The notes under the pieces were generated by a model that saw only the letters and a program-made list of their open reading frames with translations, was not told the DNA's origin and searched no databases. From Rhizophagus irregularis (lineage: Eukaryota), in NCBI RefSeq assembly GCF_026210795.1, contig NC_089434.1:2976001-3040000 (forward strand): a DNA stretch of 64,000 nucleotides, in the 5' to 3' direction. Position numbers and translations under genes: made by a program. Positions 53,691 to 64,000 of the stretch are shown here, piece after piece (position 1 is the stretch's first letter; the number at the start of each line of letters is the position of its first letter).

Positions 53691-55118
53691 TACTATTATA
53701 TATATATAATCGGACTTCACTAACTACTTTAGTTTATATTAGTAACGACCTGGAACGAATCATCCTACGTTGAAAATTGATAACATATATATATCGAGAA
53801 ACGTGGAGATCTGCGATCCCAAATTTTATATACTATTAGTTTACTGTACATATATTCACCTTTACGGCTTTACCTGTTAAAATCATTGTATAACAAAAAA
53901 TGCAAAACCAAAGAAATCTACCTGATCACGAAATCCGTTCCTTCGCCATTACATGTGCGTTAGAAAAGTCACAGCATTATACAAAATACTTTTATTTTTG
54001 CATATTTAATACTTTATTACATGATATCCAAGGGACTCACTTCACGTATCACGTAAATACAAAAAATCACACGAGACAGTATACAGTATATGTAACTTAT
54101 AATAACATATTCTTCCTTTTCACGTAGAGACACATTTGACAGATGGGTTTGAGTATAGAGATGGTTTTATATCCCTTCGAAGTTATGTATTGTTGCAATA
54201 ATCACAATAAACGTGATTATGAGTATCAGATGTAGACTTGGGATGATTATACTTGCTATACTTTTGCTATCTGTACTTTTTTTATGATCAATCGGAACAA
54301 TTACGCAGTTATCCGTATATGTGTCTGAATCTTAGCCTTCTTGGAAAAGTTTTTATCTGCCATTAATATCTCTTTAGAAAATGCTAGCCCAGTTGCGTTC
54401 GAACCAACTTCTCTTTCGTTACCACTACGTCCATCTTCGTCGGAGTTCAATATATCTTTCACTTCTCGTATGAGCAAATTCAGCTCCCTAGCGTAACACC
54501 AAAAAATCAATAGCACATGATTTATTTGCTGATCATGCCTAAAATGGTAAAGACTTCGTCACGTGACATCATCACGTGCTGTAGTAACATCCTTGCGTAG
54601 AATTATATAGTTCTTCGTTAAAAAAAAGTCAAAAGATGAATAAAGTGAATTAAAAATGTAAGGATTATCAACTTAAAGAAATTATTTTCCTAGCTCACTC
54701 AACATTTTTGCATTACTAAGAAAGAAAAAATTTTATTTATTATTACCCATGAGCTAGCCATAAAAATTAGAAAGTTCAGTTAGATGCTGTCAAGAATAGG
54801 GTTAAGGAAAAATTTATATAATAAAAAAATATCATGCTTAGAGTGAGTTTTAAAGATAATAATACTGTTCAATTTGGCGAATTTGGCGGATAATCAATGT
54901 ACATTTTAGGATAATGCTCTTGCAGCGCATACAATGGAATTATTTTTCACGTGTTTATGATGGTTCAATTGACTCATTAAAACTATAATTTAGATTTTAT
55001 TTTTACCATATTTAATATTAAATATTCCTAAAGCTATCATAATTAAATTGCTTGTACTACAATACTGGAAATAAAATAACTGGTGCAAATTCATAAAGTC
55101 AAAAAAATACTCGTGAAA

Positions 55119-56086
55119 TCATTCATGCAGCTCTTTTCTATATTTCTCATCAGTCTTCTCAGTCTCTTTAGTTTTACAACGCCTATTATACACTATTATA
55201 ACTATAATAAGAATGGCAATTAAAAATACTGGAATACAAACACCCAACACAATTTTTAAAGTGAGAGTAAAATTTAAAAGTGAGGGAGGAATTGGAGAAG
55301 GGGTTGGAGAAGTGTTTGGAGGAATGGCTGAAATTTCATATAAGCTTAAAGTCCAAACGCTTCCACATAACTAAGAATTATCATCTGGACAACTAGCACT
55401 GCAATAATCTGAGCCTTGATTTCTTCCTATAGGACTATAAGAATTTCCACAAAATCATTGGGTTCTTGCTTCAAGTCCAGCGTATTTATAATTACCTTCA
55501 CGGCAATTATCAAAACATTCATCAATTGTCATAGATTCATCAGATGATGTACACTTATCTCCTAACATCCTTTGTAGCGAGAATATTTAATTTTATCCTT
55601 ATTAACATTATGCATTATATCGAGTTTCTCTTCAAGAGTGATATTGTAAGGTGGAGTGTAATTTAAATGCACTGCTACTTTATAAACTGTGTAAGCATCT
55701 TTCCCTCCACATGGATAAGTTACATTGCCAGTAAAGGTAGCAGTGGTACAGTACATATTACACTTTTTGTCATCATCCTTAATATAAGACTGAAGAGCAT
55801 TTGCATATCCATAGCGGCAGTTGACACCACCCTCCAAAGCTCCATAATTAAATTTAAAATCTATACAACGTTTCAAACAATGACCCAAATTCATTCTAAT
55901 TTGATAGGTGTAAGGGTCATTAAATACTAAACCAGGTCTTTTTGGGCTGTTCAACGTTGCAAGACCATTAAAAGTGTCAATAACAGAACTATTATCAAAA
56001 ACATAACATCCTAATGGAGTAACTTGAGGATCTTGATAAAGAATGTTCCCATTTTCATCACATGAGTCACACGCTTCATTTGCCAT
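55119..56086 (-). pseudogene. WSC-family gene disrupted after the first WSC domain
   Basis: 174-aa ORF ends at YKGC* through a deletion/frameshift; second WSC domain, Pro stalk and TM (LKIVLGVCIPVFLIAILII) continue downstream with further stops. Confidence 0.88.
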
Positions 56087-57199
56087 AATAAATCAAGCAC
56101 AGTATATTATAAAACATCCAGGTGAATTAAATTTTATTTTCTAAGCTAATTAACAAATTGTAAAAAGCTTTCTGAAACCATCAATAAATTTCCTGTCAAA
56201 TTCCTTAAATACATTTATAAAATTTGATATCAAGAGTTATACAAAAAGTTAATTTAAGAATGGTTGATATCAATTGAGGTAGCATTGTACAAAATAAATG
56301 TAACCCTGAAACATTAAGGTTTGAACATGATTTAAAAAATTTTAATTTATTGTTAATAATATGACTAATTGAGATCATTATAATATCTAAAATGGTAATC
56401 AAATGGTAATTGGTATATTTTATATGAGAGCTTTCATTAGAAATGCCCCATAGAATAAGTTTATACTTCAAACATTTCAGGAGTGAGATTACTTTAGATC
56501 ATATGCAGTATACATAAATACTTTTTAGAAGATTTAACAAATATGAACGATCTTCTGACTTTCGATAATGGCATCGAACTCTATTGTGCGCATCTAGAAT
56601 GACGATCTATTTGTATGACAAAAGCAGTTTTCATTCTTGAAGTTCTAAATTGAATAGGTACTTTTTTTTAGTACCCTTTTTGATAGAAAATATTCTGATA
56701 AAAAGAATAATAATTTTAAGTACCACTAAGCAAGAGGAAATTAATAATAGTATTTATATATAAATATAATTTCTCATTACGTAATGTAAGTTATTTTTTT
56801 TAACAAAATAAATTTCAATTAAGGAAATAAAACGGCATACTTTCTTTTTCATGAATGCAAAAAATCATGATGCTAAAGACTTTCGCAATTTTAACAGTAC
56901 GATATCTAATGAGTTTTAATAAGACATAAATCTTACATCCCAATTTCCCATATCAACCTTCTTTTTAATTTATTCTTTAATAACTTTATTAGGTAAAAAA
57001 AAAAGATATGGCAGTTTTTCGAATTTTGAATTAAAAAACATTATTTCCAATTTCATTCACTGTTGTATCTTAATTCGGTACCACATCGCCCTAATAAATA
57101 AAAAAAATGAGTTACGCGCAACAAATTTAAGACACTAGTAGAGCATGTAATGATGATCAATCAGAAAAATTTTGATTGGCCTTCAAATGATAGTTGGTG

Positions 57200-57367
57200 T
57201 GTGATCATCAGATGACTCAATTTGAGTCAGTTCGGGGTTAGGAGTTCCTAAGAACGATTTTTATGATTAAAAGTAGTTTTAAGCCCAAGAGATCCAGAAT
57301 CTTTTAAATTTAAGATCGGTTCCAGAATTGACTCGAGTCGACTCATTTTGAACCGATTCCATCCCTA
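57200..57367. mobile_element. Remnant hAT-like end (…gaaccgattccatcccta)
   Basis: CCCTA terminus with repeated gactc/gagtc subterminal motifs; no partner end found. Confidence 0.45.
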
Positions 57368-57542
57368 AGTATTTATCATTAATAAAAAAAAAAAATTTTT
57401 TTTACCTTAACTGTTACTTTGATAATTTTTTCAGTAATGACATATCACTAGTGTATACAAATTTACTTTTACATTATTATTTTTTTTTCCTTAAATCAAT
57501 GAAAAAGTTAACTATTTTACAATCTAAGATAACTAGTGATAA

Positions 57543-58315
57543 TCATCGTTGGGCTTCATCAAAATTATCATCATGAGTTAAACGTCTTTTAAAAATAAAA
57601 CTGCAACAATTGCAATTATAAACGTAGGATTTCCAACACCAAAACCAATTTGTCATACAAACTTAGACCCCAAGAGCCCTGCACAACTGAGAGTTGTTTC
57701 ACTTGTTTCCGGGACAACTGCTGACAAGATCCTGAACTTAATTGCCGTCCCATACTACTATAATAGGCGTTCCCACAAGAACATTGAGTTCTTGCTTAAA
57801 GCCCAGCATATTTATAATTACCTTCACGGCAATAATCTATGCATTTATCAACTGTCATAGTTTCGGTTGATAAGCGTTTATCACCCAAGATCCTTTTACC
57901 ACAAGCCTAATTATCTTCATGAATTTCCGCTTTATAAACCGTATACACATGAGTAAGTTACATTATTGCCGCTTAGAGTAGTAGTTGTGAAGTAGATATT
58001 ACAATTTTTTTCACCCACCTTAATATAAGATTGAAGGGCATTTGCACGCTCACAATGGCAGTTAATACCACCCGTAATCGAATTTAAAATCTATGCAAAC
58101 CTTAAGGCAATGGCCTACATTCGTTCGATTTTGATTAGTATAGGAATCTTTAAATATTAGCTCAGGTCTTTTTGGGCTGTTCAATTTTCAAGACCATTGA
58201 ATGTATCAATAGTAGAACCATTATTGAAAATATAACACTCTTTTGGAATAACTTGAGGTTCTTGTCGAAGAATATTACCATTTTCATCACATGAATCGCA
58301 TGTTTCATTTGCCAT
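57543..58315 (-). pseudogene. Decayed WSC-family gene
   Basis: MANETCDSCDENGNILRQEPQV...; ETMTVDKCIDYCREGNYKYAGL*ARTQC; multiple indels; tail KRRLTHDDNFDEAQR*. Confidence 0.88.
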
Positions 58316-59793
58316 AATAAACAGTATGTAATGTGATTTAATAAGATAATAAAAAAAAGGTGGAGATTAAATATACGAATAATAAAAGGTTTATTAACTG
58401 AACTGTTTATTTTTAAATTAAGTAAAAAAAAAAAACTTTTGGTACTATAGTATTAAGAAAGAAAACGATTTATATTGTTCCTTAAATATTTAAGATTCAA
58501 AGTTTAACGCGTATAGATAACACTCTAGTAAATTTAGGAATAATAATAAAATAAGATTTCTATATGAATTCATTCTTGTTCACTCCCGCTAAAGTGTATG
58601 ATTTAGATGTGATATGATAGGATAACTGAAAAAAAAAAATAGACGTATAAATTTAAAACAACAAAGTTTGATTTTTTTATTTCTAATAGGATTTTATAAT
58701 GAATTGACTGAATTAGATATGGAAATAATAAATGATATCATGCACATCTCAGGAGTAAGAAAAGAAGTTTACTAATCTTGACTTAAATTATATGAACAAA
58801 ATCAGAGTTACCCGAAAACTTTCATTTCATGATAACTTTCTTCTTTCATTCGATTAAACCTATTCATAATCGTATGAAAAGTTACTAAATTTAAATCTTT
58901 TTTTTTTAATATATATATATATTTATTTAATTAAAATACTCGTTCTGTTAATACACTAACTTTAGAAAAGCGAGAAAAGATCTGGGCGAATTACAAGTTA
59001 CCAATTTTAGAAATTTGTGATTTTCAAATGATAAATATTATCATGTATCTTGTTATTTATTAAAAATAAAAATGCTGTTGTAATGAAAAAAAATAAATTT
59101 GGTATCATAAATTAAAAATTAACTAAAAATATAAGCAACTTGGATAATATCTATATTTTGAAGTTATAAATTATGAAGCGGAGAAATAAAAGATGCTGGG
59201 ACTTGCATAGTTAATTCTCCCTTGTTTGATTTAGAAATTTTTTAGTGGGAAAAATCCAATGTACATCACAGCCGAATGTCATAATTCTCAGCTATTTCGG
59301 AACATTTTTTCGTGGTCACGCTAGGTAGTCACAAAAAGAAATAATGTTGGAAACTTTACAAATAAACAAATATAAAAAACTTACTTTTAAATTAAAGTGT
59401 AAATAGTTATTTACGCATAATTTTTTTTAATTGTCAAAACAATTTTAAAAAGTTTGATCGTGACTTATTAATGTTTTTTTTCTACGCACAATTTTGAAAA
59501 CCAACTACAAAATTCAGATCAATTACAAAATTCAGTTTTAATTTATGAATTAAATTTTTGATAATATTTATCAAAAGAAATTCAAAATCATATAAAAATT
59601 ATTATTGACCTATAATTGTTGTCCCTAGAATTGATAATAATACCAACGAGAAATAATTATTTTATTAAGTTGGTACCACTCACTTCTTTGATATTGTCTC
59701 TATATTTTAATTATTTTGATTAATAAATTTTCTTTATAAAAATAAACAAATTAATTACTGTATAGCACAGACTCATTTTGGCGTACCCTTATA

Positions 59794-59880
59794 CAGTCAA
59801 ACTTTTATATAACGATATGTCGGGATAAATATGAAATTTTTTAGAAAATATCGTTATATCAAAGTTATACCGATATTTAT
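59794..59880 (+). mobile_element. Solo pogo/Tigger-like terminal repeat
   Basis: ta|cagtcaaacttttatataacgat ... atcgttatatcaaag (TIR with internal palindromic copy); the other end was not found. Confidence 0.5.
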
Positions 59881-61141
59881 ATGTCGTCATCACTAATTTA
59901 CTAATTTGAAAAAAAAAACAATAGTAGCGTTTTTTTATAGCTTTTAGCCTTTTTTAGCCTTTTATATTTTGTATTAATATTGAATTATTGAATAATTGAT
60001 AATCAATATAGGCGCGCTGCGCACACGATTTTCTGATTGGATGTATCACGTGGTCGGGCTGTGGCGCAATGTAAATATATTACTTTTCACACACAACAAT
60101 ATGCCAAAAAAAGATAGAAAAAAAATCTATTAGAAAACTGAAAAATTTCGTAGACGTCAAGAGCTTCGAAGCTTATTACGTTCCGACCGTTACAAACGTT
60201 AAGTAAGTGTCGTCGTCTGGTGGTTACCATAGGGCTGATGTACTTAGATATTATAGTCTTCGCGAAAAGCTGTTTTGCAGGGGGAAGTTGTTGTATACGA
60301 GCGGAGTGCCATAGAAGTTACTATTTATAATAGTCATGGCAATGGTGAGGGTTATCCCGAGGGTCTTTATGATGGAATAGTGCGGTTATGCCCAAACCTA
60401 AGCGAGTTACTCATATCTTCGTATCTTGTAGACAAACTGTAATCTTTCGCTCACTTGGCTGGTCTAATCTCCTTTTATTATTTTTATTATTATATCCTCT
60501 TTTGTAGTTCTATCCAAGGCCACAATATTCATACAATAAAAATGGACGAATTAAATGATATCATTTTAATCGAGTTTTGAGATTGAACTGAGTTCTATGA
60601 TCATGTGATTTACTAATAAAACATGAGCAATAATTTTTTGCTTATATTTATATATGCATTGTTTTTATAAATGCACAAAATATGTTATATTAACATAATC
60701 GGATTTAAAATAAATTGTTTGAATAAGCAAATTTATTAAAATATATATATATAAACAGTTCAAAGCATGTTTTAAAATCCGAAGCTTTATAGATGAGTTT
60801 GAACTAGATTCAAATTGGTTTGGAATCTGAACCGAACTGCTTAAGCAACCCAACATCCCTATAATAATAAATAATGATTTCCCTATATACTTTCGGTATA
60901 TTACTTGTAAAACCTTATTTTTTCCACATTTCAACTGATAATTTAATTAAACATATATTATTTTCAAATTATTGATAACAGCTTTCAAAATTTATTTTTA
61001 ATTATTTATTATTAAAATAAAAAAAAATCGTATTAATAATATTATTTAACCTCTAATTTATTCATAAATAATTTTCAGAATTTTTTTTATAAACGATATT
61101 TAAATTTGATATTAAATGTAAATTTTGATTGAAAATGTATA

Positions 61142-62107
61142 TTAAAAATGGCGATTATTAGGATTATTGGGATCATCAGGATCATCAGACGACTGACTAC
61201 ATATTTTAATTTTTTTAGTATATACTAAAAAACCTATTACACAAATAATTAACAAAGGAAGGCCAACACTCAAACCAATTATTAAAGGAAGATTATTTGA
61301 ATTATTTAAATTTGAAAGAGGTGGAACTTCATATATACTTAGGGCAAAAGAACCTCCACATAATTGATAATTATTGCCTGGACAACTATTACTACAATAT
61401 TCTGATCCTAATAATCGTCCTAAAGGATTATATGTATTACCACAAAAACACTGAACTCTTGCTTCTAATCCAGCATAGCGATAGTTTCCCTCCCGACAAT
61501 AATTTATGCATTCTTCAACTGTCATAGTTTCAGTATTTGTACATTTATTGCCCAAAACTCTTTGACCACAATATCTATTATCCTCAATACATCCTCTATA
61601 ATTAGGATATTTAACCTTATCTTTATCTATATTATTCATTATATTAAGTTTTTCTTCAACCGTGATACCGATTGGAGGGGTAAAATATTGTATTTCCGCT
61701 TTGTAAACAGTGTAAGCTCCTAATCCACCACACGGGTAAGTCACATTTCCTTTATAGGTAGCTGTTGTGCATAATTTATTACAAAGTTTATTGTCAGCTT
61801 CGATATAAGTTTGAAGAGCATCTGCATATCCACATCTGCAATTAATACCATTCTCTAAAGCCGCATAAGTAAAAAGGTAGTCAATACAATGTTTAATGCA
61901 GTGACCTACATTCATAAGATTATGATTTGTGTAAGGATCAGGGAAATTTAAACTTGGTCTGTTTGGACTGTTTAGTGTTGCCAGACCATTGAAAGAATCG
62001 GCAATAGAACTAGTATTATAAATAAAACATCCCGTTGGATTAACTTGAGGATCTTGTCTAAGAACCTCACCGTTTGAGTCGCAGCTTTCATTACAAGTTT
62101 CTGCCAT
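61142..62107 (-). CDS. Double-WSC-domain membrane protein (copy C), intronless
   Basis: Same Cys framework as A and B, more diverged; TM LIIGLSVGLPLLIICVIGFLVY followed by KKIK. Confidence 0.9.
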   Translation of the reverse strand: MAETCNESCDSNGEVLRQDPQVNPTGCFIYNTSSIADSFNGLATLNSPNRPSLNFPDPYTNHNLMNVGHCIKHCIDYLFTYAALENGINCRCGYADALQTYIEADNKLCNKLCTTATYKGNVTYPCGGLGAYTVYKAEIQYFTPPIGITVEEKLNIMNNIDKDKVKYPNYRGCIEDNRYCGQRVLGNKCTNTETMTVEECINYCREGNYRYAGLEARVQCFCGNTYNPLGRLLGSEYCSNSCPGNNYQLCGGSFALSIYEVPPLSNLNNSNNLPLIIGLSVGLPLLIICVIGFLVYTKKIKICSQSSDDPDDPNNPNNRHF

Positions 62108-64000
62108 ACTAATGAATTTGATATTATATAACGTCCGAGTATGAATAATAAGAAATATTAAAATAAAAAAAAAGGGAATAAGTCATTAATTTTGGACTGA
62201 ATTTTATTTTGACATTAACATTAAGAAAGAAAGAAATAAATAAATAAATCCTGAAAGAATTTTTTTCAGTTCCTTAAATACAATAGTTTTAACAAAGATA
62301 AAAATAAAACGCATTTAATTCCGTTATTCCGCATTTTTTTCCATAAATGTAGCAAATTACTATCACGAAAGATACCACAATAGATTATATCTGCAGAGTA
62401 CACGTACTGTACATTTTTTACAATGAGCACCGATGCGACATTTCGTAAAATCCGTTTGTACTCAAAGTTTATTAACTCATTATAAATGTATTACAAATGT
62501 TGATTTCATCGTATCATTGTAATGGAATGAACCAACGTGGACATGAGTTCTATATTAATTTTTTTTTTTTTGTAACAGTAAATATTAATAACGACAACAA
62601 AACTTAAGATGGTATAATATTGTTTTATTCATATGTTTTACTTAAATATTGTTTTTTCAGTCAATGTCGGTGAAGACCAAATTAGAACATTCCATGTTCA
62701 GCCAAATAAAATAGTGTTAAGTGTTTCAAAAAAAACCGGAATTTGATGTGATGATCATTCCAATCACGTGAAATTTTTTTAACTATACGACTATACGTAA
62801 CTTAATTTAGGCTACAAAAATATTTTTTAATTCGTTTTTCTTTACTAAGAATCAAGAATTTTTAAGTGAATTCTATTTAATAAATTTTTATACTAAATTT
62901 CTAAACCAGTAATAAGCATTTGTAGTTGAATTTTTTTCAGGAAGTAAAAAAAAACAACTATGACTCTTAAAAGATATCAAAATATAACTTTAAAATTCAG
63001 AATTATTTTGCATTTTAGATAATTCAAATTAGATGATAAATTGAAATTATACCAATTTGAAGAATAATTTTTGATATTTACTTTTTTTATTAAATTCAAT
63101 CCACCAATAATAATTCACAAATTTGCTTAAAGGCTAAATTTTTCAAATAATAGTAAAATGTTTATGAGACTGTAACCTTTAATGTTCAAGATTATTATGT
63201 ACTATAGATGAACCAAATTGGGGTGAACTATAAATTTAAATAATTTTCGTAACACACTGTAACATTCAAGTCATTCAATGAGCTCTTAATAAAATAACAT
63301 GTGCTTGCACATATAGTTTATTCACATATATATTTATGCTTAAAATAGTTTATATATAAAGTTCTTATAATATCATTTGTAATAAAAATTCTTTTTTAAA
63401 ATTGAATGAAAGTTTCTAAGTATAACGGCTCAAAAAGTCAATTTTAAATGTTACGTTTTATGCATTTAACATTCCATAAAAGGGTTAACTACCTTTCAAT
63501 ACAGATCGGCAAAGAAAGAGTACTGCGTCATTAGATAATACCCACAAATATTTACAATAAGAATCATTAGATCCCAAATATGTATCAACATGATACAAAA
63601 GTTTAATTACCTAATTTTGCGAAAATTCTGACCAAAGGATTGCACGACATGAATAGATAATCGTACATTAATTATTTCTAAAATAGGCAGCTTGCAAACG
63701 CCATTTTTCCGTATTTAATTTTATTTTATTCTGAAAGGTGATACTTACATCAAATTTGGAGGAAAAAAAAAGCAAAACAACATTATATATATATATTTTT
63801 TTTGTAAGTAAATAAGCGAACATTTAAATCATATGTTTTAATGAAGAAATTTTTACAAATTGTTGTTACATTAGGAAAAAAAATCATTTTCTTCGATATC
63901 CTTTTTAAAACAAACCCAATAAAAAAAGTATATTATTGAATTTATTAGGTATAATTATAATTGTTGAAAAATATGATTAAAATATTCTCTCTTATAAGAT

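Noticed and set aside
53900..54516. Short ORFs of 75 and 71 aa
   Set aside because: No motifs or splice structure linking them to a gene
60570..60861. Complete hAT element ending ...caacatcccta
   Set aside because: Only one plausible terminus is seen; no partner TIR or TSD

Overview
AT-rich, intron-dense eukaryotic DNA, most consistent with a Glomeromycotina (Rhizophagus-like) fungal nuclear genome; this assignment is inferred from base composition, intron style and protein sequences. The left ~37 kb is a compact housekeeping block: RPN2 (truncated by the window), RPS19, an intronless AT-hook/HECT E3 ligase, VPS16, RAD51C, NC2-beta, an Erf2-like DHHC palmitoyltransferase, PP2C, a TMCO4/DUF726 hydrolase, ESS2, TOE1, a Cys-type glutathione peroxidase, ATP synthase subunit g, a small COX14-like gene missed by the ORF track, ERG6, GID8 and a C2orf76/AIM29-like gene. 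This block holds two clear minor-spliceosome (U12, AT-AC) introns and an intronic box C/D snoRNA with 18S rRNA complementarity. The right ~27 kb is an accessory region. It is a birth-and-death array of intronless double-WSC-domain membrane proteins with no visible signal peptide (3 intact, at least 5 decayed), partly built by a ~4 kb tandem triplication. Comparing the repeat units exposes several small DNA transposons against their empty sites. An atypical astacin metalloprotease sits inside the array.
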